DNA of 64,000 bases from an uncultured Acidobacteriota bacterium (GTDB lineage: Bacteria > Acidobacteriota > Vicinamibacteria > Vicinamibacterales > 2-12-FULL-66-21): assembly GCA_963820645.1 (NCBI GenBank), contig CAWGAS010000002.1, positions 1,884 through 65,883 on the forward strand, given 5' to 3'. The notes under the pieces were generated by a model that ran no database searches, was not told the DNA's origin, and worked only from the letters and a program-made list of their open reading frames with translations. Position numbers and translations under genes: made by a program. Below, piece by piece: positions 8,423 through 19,389 of this stretch; position 1 is the stretch's first letter, and the number at the start of each line of letters is the position of its first letter.

Positions 8423-9034
8423 TCAGCGGCGCGTGTCGCCGCGCGCCCGCACCGCGAGCGATGGTTTCTCGAGGCTCCCGGCCGGCTGCACCCACGTCAC
8501 AGCGGGAAGGCCATCGATGCTGCGTGCGTTCTTTTTCAGCTGATACTCCTTGAGACCATCCTCGCCCTTGCGGTCAACCCACGCCGCGAGCTGAGGCCGC
8601 TCGCTCTCGAACCGGTACAGCGGAACGCCGAACCCGCACGAGTCAGCAATGCGGTCGATCGAGATGACGATGATCGCGCGTGCGGACGGGTCGGCGGGAA
8701 AGAGCGGGCGCACGCGGGCGTATTCGGCATCCTGCGGCTCCAGCACTTCGCCGCGGCCGTGGAACCGCACGATCTTCGGCGGCCCGTGCAGCGCGCACAC
8801 CATCAGGACGATCCGGCCGTTCTCTTTCAGATGGGCGATCGTTTCGGCGCCGCTGCCCACGTAGTCCAGGTACGCCAGCGTCCGTGGACTGAGCACGCGG
8901 AGCGTGTCCAGGCCCTTTGGAGATACATTGACATGACCGGCTCCATCCAGCGGAGCGGTGGCCACGAAGAACATCCGCTGCGCCTCGATGAAGGCCTGAA
9001 GATCGGCGTCGATGTCCCCGAACGGTTTGCCCAT
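8423..9034 (-). CDS. Pyridoxamine 5'-phosphate oxidase-family (FMN-binding split-barrel) protein
   Basis: Intact 203-aa ORF: MFFVATAPLDGAGHVNVSPKG, AYLDYVGSGAETIAHLKENGRIVLMV, IVRFHGRGEV. Confidence 0.8.
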   Translation of the reverse strand: MGKPFGDIDADLQAFIEAQRMFFVATAPLDGAGHVNVSPKGLDTLRVLSPRTLAYLDYVGSGAETIAHLKENGRIVLMVCALHGPPKIVRFHGRGEVLEPQDAEYARVRPLFPADPSARAIIVISIDRIADSCGFGVPLYRFESERPQLAAWVDRKGEDGLKEYQLKKNARSIDGLPAVTWVQPAGSLEKPSLAVRARGDTRR

Positions 9035-9114
9035 CGGTCAGGCCATCCTTCTCACCTGCAAAAACAGTCCGATGCGGACGGCATTCCGTCTGATATTCTT
9101 ATGGTCAAGCATAG

Positions 9115-9645
9115 ATGGCTTCCGATTCAGAAAAGCGCTCAAACCCCGCCCTCAAGCCTGAGGGAGGCGACAAGCCGCGTACGCCTGCGGACAAACAGAC
9201 CGATGCGATCGCGGACGTGACCAAGAAGCAGCGCGACGTGGCGGAAAAACAGCTCGCGGTCGCCGAGGGACAGCGCGAGGTCACCGAGGAGCAGCTCGAT
9301 CTGGCCAAGCAACTGCTCGACGTGGCCGAGAAGCAGCGCGCGGTGGCTGAAGAGCAGCGCGAGACCGCCGAGGAGCAGCGCGACAAGGCGGAGGCCTCAC
9401 GGCTCGCGGAAGAGAAGGTGCGGCGAGACGCCGAGAAGACCCGCGACGCCGCCGAACAGCTCCGCCGCAACGCCGAGCACGCACGCCAGACGGCAGAAGA
9501 CAACCGCACCCTGGGCGCCCCTCTCCGCCCGCCCGAGAAAAACCCTGCCACGCCCTGTCCCCCAGCCCGACGAGAAGAAGGCGCCGGGAGGCGCGGCCAA
9601 GAAGGCGAAGGACGCCAACTGATCTCCAGGTGGCGCCGGGCCTGA
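9115..9645 (+). CDS. Charged coiled-coil repeat protein (hypothetical)
   Basis: Periodic KQRDVAEKQLAVAEGQREVTEEQLDLAKQLLDVAEKQRAVAEEQRETAEEQRDKAE. The tail turns Arg/Gly-rich after ~9545. A +1 shift there gives the more natural end QPDEKKAPGGAAKKAKDAN-stop (tga 9620-9622), so a C-terminal frameshift is likely. Confidence 0.5.
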   Translation: MASDSEKRSNPALKPEGGDKPRTPADKQTDAIADVTKKQRDVAEKQLAVAEGQREVTEEQLDLAKQLLDVAEKQRAVAEEQRETAEEQRDKAEASRLAEEKVRRDAEKTRDAAEQLRRNAEHARQTAEDNRTLGAPLRPPEKNPATPCPPARREEGAGRRGQEGEGRQLISRWRRA

Positions 9646-9720
9646 GCTCACTGGGCGTTCTTTCCCACAGCTTTGACGTATTCGTCGGGGTTCCGAAGAT
9701 ACACCGTGACGTCGTGCAAT

Positions 9721-10039
9721 CTACTGGAGCCACGGTCGCCGCGGTGGCGATTTGAATTGCCCGGACTCAAGCACCTTCAACAGATGCTCACGGATCTCCT
9801 GCTCTTCGCGCTGCCGGAGGTCTTGCTCGCGGTACAGAATCAGACGCTTCGGATCCAGGCGATCCGTCTCCAGCGGGTCTGGCAACCGTGGCCGGGGCGC
9901 CACGACGTTTTCTTCTACTGAAGTGCGATCGCGCTGTGGAACGGGTCGCGGAGCCGATCGCCCCAGGAGAAGACTGAGTGCAACGGCGCTCAGCGCAGAG
10001 ACCGCGAGCGACAGCGCAGACGAGCTTACCGGCCCTCAT
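9721..10039 (-). CDS. Possible small secreted/anchored protein; needs one frameshift near its 5' end
   Basis: ATG at 10039 (MRAGK). After a 1-nt shift the frame reads SSSALSLAVSALSAVALSLLLG (hydrophobic), then ..RPRLPDPLETDRLDPKRLILYREQDLRQREEQEIREHLLKVLESGQFKSPPRRPWLQ-stop. Only the 60-aa tail (9721-9903) is an intact track ORF. Confidence 0.3.
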
Positions 10040-10062
10040 GAAGTCTCCCTCCCCTTCTGAAG

Positions 10063-10116
10063 TTTCAAAACCGGAGGTGGCATCCGGCTTCAGCCGGACC
10101 TCGCGGGTTTTGAAAC
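10063..10116. repeat. Single REP-like unit nested inside an 11-bp outer inverted repeat
   Basis: GTTTCAAAACC-GGAGGTGGCATCCGGCTTCAGCCGGACCTCGCG-GGTTTTGAAAC. The core hairpin TCCGGC-TTCA-GCCGGA is shared with the arrays at 3697 and 20369. Confidence 0.75.
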
Positions 10117-10153
10117 CACTTCTAGTGAGTTCGCGTCGTGTAAGAGGTCACGG

Positions 10154-10825
10154 TCACCGCTTCCGCTTCGACGCCTTCTCGATGTACGGAACCGCGTCGG
10201 GCGTCTTGCAGTACGTCTCGCCGTGGTCGACCTCGACCTTGCCGATGCGCCTGGCTGCCGCGATCGCCTTCTTGCGGAGCGCCGGTTTGTAGACCCCGAT
10301 CGAGATGAGCGCGCTGTTCATCGCGTACCGCGCCCAGTTCGGGGAGCGGTGGATCTGCTTCTCGATCGTCGCCAGCACCTTTTCGGCGTCCGCGTCGCTG
10401 ACCGAGCCCGGATCGTCCTTCAGGCGGAAGGCGAAAATTCCGTAGCCCATTTCGCGGCGTTCCTCGTCCGGCGATTTCATCCAGGCGCGCATCGTCTTCT
10501 CGGCAATCGGGCTGCGGGCCAGGAGCCCGGACAAATACCAGCCGACGAAGCGGACCGGCCCGTCCTCGAGCAGGCCGTCCGCGTCGGCGCGGGTCAGCTT
10601 CTCCGGGTCGGCGACCTGGAGCGCCAGGATGCGCGCCTCGGCGTTCCCCGTCTTCCACAGCTCCATCGCGAGCGCGTGGTCGACCTTGATCTTCTTCTGA
10701 AGCTTGGCGATCTCCGACGTCAGCACGCCGAAGACGTTGTCGCCCGATCCGTGACGCTTGTAGATCGCGGCCGTCTGCGGTTTCCCAAGCTTCTCGAGCG
10801 TCGCCAGAATCTCCTGGGCGTTCAT
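10154..10825 (-). CDS. DNA alkylation repair enzyme-family (HEAT-like repeat) protein
   Basis: Start MNAQEILATLEKLGKPQTAAIYKRHG at 10825. Also LAMELWKTGNAEARILA and IHRSPNWARYAMNSALISIG. The upstream part of track ORF 10154-11119 belongs to the ggt 3' end in another context. Confidence 0.75.
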   Translation of the reverse strand: MNAQEILATLEKLGKPQTAAIYKRHGSGDNVFGVLTSEIAKLQKKIKVDHALAMELWKTGNAEARILALQVADPEKLTRADADGLLEDGPVRFVGWYLSGLLARSPIAEKTMRAWMKSPDEERREMGYGIFAFRLKDDPGSVSDADAEKVLATIEKQIHRSPNWARYAMNSALISIGVYKPALRKKAIAAARRIGKVEVDHGETYCKTPDAVPYIEKASKRKR

Positions 10826-10845
10826 CGCTTCTCCCCGTCTGACTT

Positions 10846-12682
10846 CTACCGCGCCCACGCATACGCATCGACACGCGGGTCCGCGCCCGCGTGCAGCGCG
10901 CCGGTCTTCGGATCGATCCGGATGACGGCCATCTCGCCCTTCGACCACGGGCCCGACACGGTCAGCGTGTGACCTCTCGTCTTGAGCGCTTCCTGAACGG
11001 CCGCCGGAATGCGCGCCTCGACCGACAACGTGCCCGGACGCATCGTGTGCGGGAAGTGGGACGCCGGGAAACTGCTCGGTCGACCAGCGCGGCGCTTCGA
11101 TCGCCTGCTGGACGTTCATGCCCGAAGTCCACGACGTTGAGCAGCGTCTGCATCGTCCGCATGACCTGATCGTCGCCGCCCGGGCTGCCCATGATCAGGA
11201 ACGGACGCCCGTCCTTCATCACCAGCGTGCTTTGCAGCGTCGATCGCGGGCGCTTGCCGGGCACGAGCGCGTTGGCTTCGCCGGCGACGAGCGAGTAGTA
11301 GTCGCCGCGGCAATTGAAGATGATCCCCAGATCGGCCATGACGACCTCGGTGCCCCACAAGGCGTGGAGGCTTGGCTCGAAGCTCACCATGTTGCGATCC
11401 TTGTCTACGACCGCGAGGTAGCTGGTGTCGCCGTCGTGCGCGGCGTCGCCCTCGATCGTGGCGTGATACGGATAGTCGACGAAGCCGCCCGCGCGGGTCA
11501 TGAACCTGGACGGATCCCCGGGCCGGAGCTCGAGCGAGGCCCGTCCGGGTCGATCAGCTTGCGCCGCTCCGCCGCGTACTCCTTGCTCAGCAGCCCTTCG
11601 TACGGAATCTTGATGAAGTCGATGTCGCCGAGATACTTCTCGCGGTCGCCCATCGCGAGCTTCACGGCTTCCGCCGACGTGTGAATGTAGTCGGCGCTGT
11701 TGAGCCCCATCTTCGGGAGGTCGTAGCCCTCGAGGATGTTGAGGGCGAAGAGCTCGGCCGGTCCCTGATTCGCCGACGGGTTCTTGTAGATCTCGTACCC
11801 GCGATACGTCGTCGAGACCGGCGTCTCGACTTTCGCCGTGTAGCCGGCGAAGTCCTCGTACCGGAACAGCGCGCCCTGCTGTTCGGAGAACGCGGCCATG
11901 GTCCGGGCGATATCGCCTTTGTAGAAGCGATCGCGCGCGGCGTCGAAGCCGGGCGCGCCGGTCCGCCGCGGCAGCGCCTTTCTCGGCCTCGATCAGCTTG
12001 CGAAGAAGCCGGCCGGCGTCGGGGTTCTTGAACAGATCGCCGGCCTCGTACGGACGGCCGGCGGGTTGATAGAGCTTCACGCTCGTCGGGTACTTCGCCA
12101 TCGCGCGCGACGCCATCGCGCGGGCGAGGCCCGGGTCGAGCACGAAGCCGTCCTCGGCAATCTCGATGGCGGGCTGGAGCACCTGCTCGAAGCTCATGGT
12201 CCCCCACCGATCGAGCATGAGATACCACGCATCGATCACGCCCGGGACCGTCGCCGCGAGCAGGCCGTCGCTGTCGGGCAGCTGGTTGTTGTTGTTCTTC
12301 TTGTACCACTCGATCGTCGCCAGCTTTGGCGCCGGACCCCGGCGTTGATCGACGACACCTTCTTCGACTTCTCGTCGTAGACGAGAATCATGGCGTCGCT
12401 GCCGAAGCCGTTGGAGCCTGGATGGACGAGCGACAGCACCGCCTGCCCCGCGACCGCGGCGTCGAAGGCGTTCCCGCCCGCCTCGAGGATCCGCACCGCC
12501 GCCTCCGTCGCCTGGTGCTTCATCGAGCTCACGGCGTACTGCCGGCCGGTGATCACCGGCCGCATCGTGCGGGACGGCACTGGCGGCGTGTCGACGCGCG
12601 ATTGTTCTGACTGCGTGCCGTCGAGCGCCGCGCCCTGGATCAGCGCCGCAGCACACGCGAGAGTGATAAAGCAGTTTCGCAT
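10846..12682 (-). pseudogene. ggt: Gamma-glutamyltransferase, at least 5 frameshifts as sequenced
   Basis: Collinear fragments in 3 frames. In order: MRNCFITLACAAALIQG (signal)..YAVSSMKHQATEAAVRILEAGGNAFDAAVAG..GFGSDAMILVYD; ATIEWYKKNNNNQLPDSDGLLAATVPGVIDAWYLML; FRYEDFAGYTAKVETPVSTTYRGYEIYKNP; the autoprocessing site AHDGDTSYLAVVDKDRNMVSF; IMGSPGGDDQVMRTMQTLLNVVDFG; MNVQQAIEAPRW; RPGTLSVEARIP..IDPKTGALHAGADPRVDAYAWAR. Confidence 0.85.
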
Positions 12683-12696
12683 TCGGTGTCCCTTCG

Positions 12697-12793
12697 GGGA
12701 GGCAGGAGGCAGGAGGCAGATCGATTCTTGTCTTTCGATGACACTCGTCGACACTCTGTCTCCTGTCTCCTGCTCCGACCTCCTGTCTCCTGC
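12697..12793. repeat. Heptad inverted-repeat element: (GGCAGGA)n - 36-nt spacer - (TGTCTCC)n
   Basis: GGGAGGCAGGAGGCAGGAGGCAGA..spacer..CTGTCTCCTGTCTCCTGCTCCGACCTCCTGTCTCCTGC. The arms are complementary except for one G/T position per heptad. Same architecture, inverted, at 22264-22356. Confidence 0.7.
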
Positions 12794-12795
12794 GC

Positions 12796-15501
12796 TTACG
12801 GTCGCTTCCCGCCCGGCATCAGCGCGATCAGTTCGTCGTTCGTCCACGGCTTCGCGCGGCCCGCCGTGGTCGCCCTGACCTGTCTCACGCGTCTCGGCGT
12901 CAACCGGCGCCCCGGCCTGACCCCAATCGCGGCGGATGTAGGTCAGCACGGCGGCGATCTGATCGTCCGTGAAGGCCTGGCCGACCGGCGGCATCAGGCC
13001 GATGCTGCCCTCCTTGCCGTGCAGGAGGATGCGCGCCGGAATCTCGGCGGGCCCGAGCACAAACGTCGAGCCGACGAGGCTGGGCGCGAGCCTGCTCCTG
13101 ACCGCGCCCGTCCGGCTGATGGCAGGCCTGGCAGATGTTCTTGTACACCTCCTGCCCTGCGTTGAAACGCGACTGCTCTTCCGCCGTCAAGGGCGCGATC
13201 GGCGCCGCCGCGCCCGGCTTGCCGGGCCACTCCACGCGCGCAAGCAGACTGGCCGCGCGCGGTCCGAGATCGCCACCGGCAGCCGCCAACGCGGAAAGCC
13301 CCGCGGGCTCGCGGTTCAGCCGCAGGCCCGGTCCGGCCCCGCGGCCACCGGCAGCGGCCGCGGGGAGGCGCGGTTGGCGCTCGAATGCGTACGCGCCGCC
13401 CGGACCCGCTCGTCCGCCGGGACAGGTCGGACACGGCAACCCTGCGGCCGCCGCGACCGCCTCGTCGTCCGGTGGGAGACCCGGGCATCGCCGCGCCGAG
13501 CAACGCGATCTCCGCCCCACGCAGCAGCGCCGACCGCTGCCAGCTCGCCCGATTCTCGTCGGCCACCCACGAGAAGATGTTCTGGACCGCTCCGTCCTGC
13601 CCGCCGCGCACGATCGTCGCGGCGAGCATCGTCACCGCGGCTCTCGCTGCGGCCGTCCGGTCTGCCGGTCGGCCGGGCCTGCACCATCTTCTCCAAGACC
13701 GCGGTCTCGCTGCCGCGCAACCCGCTGAGCGTCGCGTCGAGCGCGATGGGATCGCCCGCGTGCCGCTCGAGGAACGCGACCGCGGCCGCTTCCTTTGCCT
13801 CTGCCGGCAGCGTGCCGAGCGACGCCGCGAGCTGATGCCGCACCGCCCAGTCGCCATCGTCCAGCCGCTTCAGTACCGCGGCTTGCATCGGATCGCCCGG
13901 CCCGCCGAGCCACCGTTCCGCGATCCGGATCGCCGACGCACGCACGTCGCGCGACGGGTCGTCCAACGCCTTCGTCACCGTCGCGCGCTCGATTTTGTCG
14001 ATGCCGTCGAGCGTCCAGAGCGCGTGCAGGCGCGTTCGCGGATCGGCCGCGCGTCTCGGCGAGCCTGGTCAGCGGGCCGACCACGGAGGTCGCGCCGCGC
14101 TCGACGAGCAGGCGCTGCGCGCGTGTCGCGCGTCCAGCCGTTCGGGTGCGCGAGCAACTCCACGAGCTGCGCCGGCGTCGCTGTCGCGAGCGCCCGCGAC
14201 GTGTCGCGCCGCGTCGTCTCGTGGACGACCCGGTAGATGCGGCCCATCCCGGTCGGCTGATCGAGCTTGCGGCTGATGATGTGATCGCGCAGGTACACCG
14301 TCGTGGAGGCGCGGTCCTGGATGATGCCGCGGTAGAAGTCGACGACGTAGAGCGTCCCGTCGGGGGCGTTCGAGAGGTAGACCGGACGGAAGCGCTCGTC
14401 GGTCGACGCCAGGAACTCCGCGTTGTCGTAGGCTTTGCGTGCCTGCAGCGTCGTGCCGTCGTCGCTCAGGATGATGCGGCTGACGAAGTTCGCGGCCGGC
14501 TCCGCGACAAACGCGTTCCCGTACAGCTCCGCCGGCAGCCGATCGCCGCGGTACACCAGCGGCGCGCAGACCGAGGTGAATTTGGCCAGCGTGCCGTCCG
14601 CCCGATCGATGCCGGTCTGATACGCGCGGTTGGTGCCGGGATTCGGACGCACCGGCCAGACGGTGTTGATCGCGTTGTCCGGATCGCGCAGCGCCTCGTA
14701 GCTTCCGCGCGTCCGCAGGAGATTCGGGTTGCGCGCGTAGTACGCCGTCGGCACGAAGTCCACGTGCAGCGCCGACTCGTTCGTGTTGCGGTAGGTGCGC
14801 CCCGCGTCGTCCTGCGTCACGCCCCACTCGCCGCGCGCCAGCGTGCTCAGCGTCTCGAACTTGTAGTCCTTCACGCGAAAGATACACGTCGACCTGTCCG
14901 GTCGTGTGCAGCCGGTTGTCGAGCCCCCAGTAGACGCCGTTTCCGTTTCCCTCGACGCTGCCCTCCAGCCGGCCGTACTTGCCCGACACCAGCTCCTTCG
15001 TATCGACCCGCAGATCGCCGTTCGTGTCGCGCATCAGCCAGAGGCTGCCGGGCTCGCCGACCAGCACGCCGCGATCGAGCACCTTCAACGCCCGCGGCAG
15101 GATCAGCCCATCGGCGAACACCGTCCGCTTGTCCATTCGTTCCGTCGCGATCGGTGTCTTCGAGCACGACGACGTTGCCGATTCGATCCAGGTTCGGCTC
15201 CGGCGCGTCCAGGCCGCGGACGAAGCCGGTCATCTCGACCACCCACAACCGGCCCTCGAGGTCCCAGTCCATCACCGTGGGATCCTGAACCAGCGGCTCG
15301 CTCGCCACCAGCTCGAGGCGATAGCCGGGCGGCATGTAGAACGTCTTCAGCGCTTCGGCCGGCGTCAGCGGCGGCGACTGATCGGCTGACCTTCTGCACA
15401 CCGGGCGGCCACGGACGATTGGCCGGCGAGCTCTGTCCATAGCCGGTCATCACACTGGCCATCACGAGGAGCGCGGTCAGGCGGAATCTGCGGAGCAGCA
15501 T
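12796..15501 (-). pseudogene. PVC-type membrane-bound dehydrogenase domain + HEAT repeats + CxxCH heme-binding domain protein, at least 9 frameshifts
   Basis: Fragments follow the order of the family. In order: MLLRRFRLTALLVMASVMTG (signal); ALKTFYMPPGYRLELVASEPLVQDPTVMDWDLEGRLWVVEM; MDKRTVFADGLILPRALKVLDRGVLVGEPGSLWLMRDTNGD; ARGEWGVTQDDAGRTYRNTNES..VCAPLVYRGDRLP..LYVVDFYRGIIQD; the HEAT region ALDDPSRDVRASAIRIAERWL..DGDWAVRHQLAASLG; the cytochrome c site YKNICQACHQPDGRGQE; LLHGKEGSIGLMPPVG..DDQIAAVLTYIRRDWG; and the end ..KPWTNDELIALMPGGKRP-stop (tta 12796-12798). Confidence 0.8.
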
Positions 15502-15583
15502 TGTCTTTGGTCTACAGTGATCGAAACGGCGTGGCGGATGCGACAGGCTCCACCCGGCTCCGCGATTGCATCATAGACCACTG

Positions 15584-18500
15584 TCAGAACGAGAAGCGCG
15601 CCTGTATCTGGACTCGCCGCGGATTTTGAAATTCGTTGGCCACGCCGACTCCCGCGCTGCGAGGAATCAACCGGGCCGGGAGCGACGCCGGCCGGATCGA
15701 ACGGCAGGTTCGTTGTCGTGACGGATCGTTGGGATTGGTCAGGTTGATGGTCGACGCCCGGCCGGTGATGATCGCCGAGTTGGGCGCGTTGAACAGGTCC
15801 ACGCGCAGCTGAAGGCTCCTGGCGCCTCCCAGCCGGATCGTGCGCGCGATCAGAAGATCGAGCGTGCTCAGGAAACACTCGCGCAGGTAGTCGTTCCTCG
15901 ACTCCAAGCCCACGCTGTTGGGCGGCGGGCCTTCAAACGCCGCGGGATTGAATTGCCGGTACGGATCGCTGCTGCATCCGCGGCCCGGATCGCCGACGAT
16001 CCGGACGCGTCCGCCGTAGTCCTGCGACCCGGTGACGTTCTGGTTGCCGAAGCCGCTCTGGTAGCTGTACCCCACGCTGTACGGGCTGCCTGTCCTGCCC
16101 GTCCAGATGCTCGAAAGCCGCCAGTCGTTGACGAGAAGCCCGATCGCCTTGAACGCCGGCCGGTCGCTCCGGATGTCCGGCAGATCCCAGACGAAGTTCC
16201 CTTTCATGATGTGCCGGGTGTTGATGGCCGTTCCGAAGAGCTCGTCCGCTTCTGCTTGATCGTCGCGAATCGTCTACGACCCATCGGGGTTGTGTTGCAG
16301 GCGTGCCCCGGTGCTCTGGTGATCGTAGAGGCTGATCGTGTCGTTGAATCCGAACGAGAAGCCGTTCCTGAAGCGGCGCTGGAACGAGAGCTGGAGCGAG
16401 TGGTTCGTCCTCCAGCCGCGGCCCCACTGCTGCGTGATCGAGCCGTAGCCGCGAAACGTCCGCATCTGATCCTGCGCGATCGCCGTGGCGCCGGGAACGG
16501 GATTCGGCGCGAGCGTCGGGTCCTGATTCTGCGGCAGGAACGTGGCGCCGAAGTCGACGGCGTTGAGGTTGACGCCCTGCAGCGTGTTGAAGCTGTGCTG
16601 GCCGACATACGAGACGTCCACGGCAACGGCCCACGGAAACAGCGTCTCACGCCCGCGTTCCACTGCGTGGACGACGGCAGCTTGCTGTCGTACTCGTAGA
16701 CGTTGAGCGCCGGCGGGCCATCGGTCGGCAGGCCCCGGTGCTGAGCGTCTGCAGCTGGCCGTTCCGCACGGTCACGTTGGCATAAGTCGGCGGGTTCTGG
16801 ACCTGGGGGAAGATCGCGTTCCCGTCCGGCCGGTCGAAGAACAGGCCGGCGCCGCCGCGAAGCACCACGCGCTGCCGCCCGGTGAGGTCGTAGGCCATGC
16901 CGAACCGCGGCGCGAAGCGCGAGCATCGGCCAGGTGTAGATCGTCTTCGCGATGCCTTTGCTGCCCAGAGAGGAACAAGCCGTTAGGTAGTCGCCTGAAT
17001 TCGGCACGATCGTCCCGATCGCCTGGAACGAGTTCGGACCGAGCGACTGCCCGGTCACGGGATTCCTGGCCTGACGGGCGGCCGTCGCACACGGACTCGC
17101 ATTGTTGGGACACATCGCGACGTACAGCGCCGGCGCCGCCGCCAGCGACCACTCGTCCGGCAGGAAGTTGGACGCCTGGCCCAGCTTGTCGTACTGCGGC
17201 TGCTGGTGGACCAGCCGCACGCCGTAGTCGAGCGTCAGCCGGCTGTTCACCTTCCAGTTGTCCTGGATGTAGCCCTCGGTGTTGTTGTAGATGAAGATGC
17301 CTTCGATGTACTTGGACGCCTGGTTGTAGGAGCTGAAGATGCCGAGCGCGGCGTTGCTGAACCCGAAGGTCGAGTCGAGCGGGTTGTTGCCGTCGTTCGA
17401 GAACGTGATCGTGCCGTTCCAGCCGCCGCGCTGCTGCGCCTTGTAGCTGTGGGTGTTGTAGAAGCCGGTCTTGATGGTATGCCGGCCGGCGACTTCGTCA
17501 GGCTGATGGAGACGTCCTGGGTTTTGTTGACGTTGAGAAAACCCGGGAAGGGGATGTTCGGCGGCCCATACTGCGGGTTGCCGTTGCTGACGCGTCCGCC
17601 CCACGTGAACCCCGGCGGCATCTGGATGCGCGTCCCGTCCCAGATCGGAGGATTCACGTCGTTGAGGACGCCATACGCGTAGTAATCCGGGTTGAGGATG
17701 TTGGCGTCGTCAAAGAGGAACGGAAGGTTGCCGAGCTCGGCGGCGAGCCGGTTCGAATTCGGGTTCATCGGAAGAGCGCCCGTACAGAAGTTCGCGCCTC
17801 CGCCGGTGAGCGCGCATCCCGCCTGCTCGTTCCCGCTGCGGCCGTAGGTGCCTTCGAGAAACATCGTCGGGTTCAGGTTGTAATTGATGGTCACGGCTGT
17901 CGTGCTGACGACGGGATTCTGCATGCGCGTATCGTTGAAGCCCGGGATCGATCCGTTGATTGTCTGTTCCCGCTGCGACCAGCCGGTGTACTTGAAGCTG
18001 GCCCGCAGCTTCGCCGTCGGCTGGTAGTCGAGACGCACCGCGGGCTGATACGCCAGCAGGGTCTCGGATGGTCTCGTGATCTGGTAGTTGAACGGCGCGC
18101 CGGGGCCGGCGGTGACGTTCGGCAGCGGAAACATCTTCAGGATGTTCAGGCCTGGCTGGTACAGACGATCGGCCGGAATCCGGCCGAGTACGCCGCCGTC
18201 GGCGAAGCAGCCCCTGGTGTCGGCTGTCGTGCACGGCAGACCGGTCGACGTATCGCGAATGAGCCGGTACGGGTTGCCGTTGTTGTCGGTCGTCTGCGAG
18301 AAGTCCCCCGCCCGTTCGAGCGCGGTCGGCATCCGGTGGCGCGTGACGTTGTTCCCTGCGGTGCGCGGCTGAAACTCCTGGGAATAAAAGAAGAAGAGCT
18401 TGTTGGCGCCTCCGGGCCTTCCGATCGGACCGCCGATCGAGTAGCCCCAGTCCCGCTGCTTGGTGACCGCCTTGGGGTCCCCGTTGAGCTTGTTCTCCTT

Positions 18501-19268
18501 GCTGTTGGCGTTCCAGTCGGAGTCCCGTTCCACGTCGTAGAAGCCTCCGTGGAACCGGTTGGTCCCGCTCTTGGTGACCGCCGTGATCTGCAGCCCGCTC
18601 GACCGCCCGTATTCGGCCTGATAGCCCTGCGTGAGCACCTTGACTTCAGCAATCGACTCTACGTTGACGGCGACCAGCAGCCGGTTGCTCCCGGTATCCA
18701 TCGTCCCGATGCCGTCCATCATGAAGTTGGTCGCGCCGCCGCCGCCGATCCGGCTGGTGCCGTCGACGCCTGGCGCCAGCGACGCCAGCGTGGCGAAGTT
18801 GCGGTCCGCGAGCGGCAGCGCTTCGACTTCCTCTGGAGAGACCGTGAAGGAGCGCTCGCCCGTGCCGGACTGGATGACGGGTGTTTCGCCTTTGACCGTG
18901 ACGATCTCCGACGTGCCGCCGAGCGCCAGGATCAGCGCACCCAGCGTGACCCGCGATCCCGGGCTGACCGCGACGCCCGTTTGCTTCAGCGTCTTGAACG
19001 AAGACATCTCCACCTCGATGGTGTAGGTCCCCGCGGTGATGCTGGGGAACACGAAGTCGCCGCGCTCACTGGTTACCGCCGGTGTGGATCGCGTGCCTTG
19101 TGATTCACTGACCAGCGTGACGGTCGCACCGGGTATCACGCCGCCCTGCGGATCCTTGACGGTTCCCGACACGGTGCCGGTCGTGATCTGTGCCGACGCC
19201 GGAAGCGCGATCGCGCCAGTCGCGATCCACGCCGCGGCGGCTTTCCGCAGGCTTGACAAACTGATCAT
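15584..19268 (-). pseudogene. TonB-dependent receptor with N-terminal carboxypeptidase-regulatory-like domain, at least 5 frameshifts
   Basis: N-terminal 673-aa fragment: signal peptide, TGTVSGTVKDPQGGVIPGATVTLVSESQG..GDFVFPSITAGTYTIEV, and plug-like VSPEEVEALPLADRNFATLASLAPGV..NFMMDGI. Further barrel fragments lie at 16204-17604, 16647-16898, 16274-16663 and 15584-16207. The protein ends with the typical aromatic terminus ..RRVQIQARFSF. Confidence 0.85.
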
Positions 19269-19389
19269 CGAGTTCCTCCTCGCGCCGGGCGCTCAAGACG
19301 TGCAAATGCAAGGGGCCACAAGATATCCGCGCGGCTGGCGTCGAAGCAACCCCCGACGTTACCGGTAACGTAGGCGTGGAAGAGCTAGG

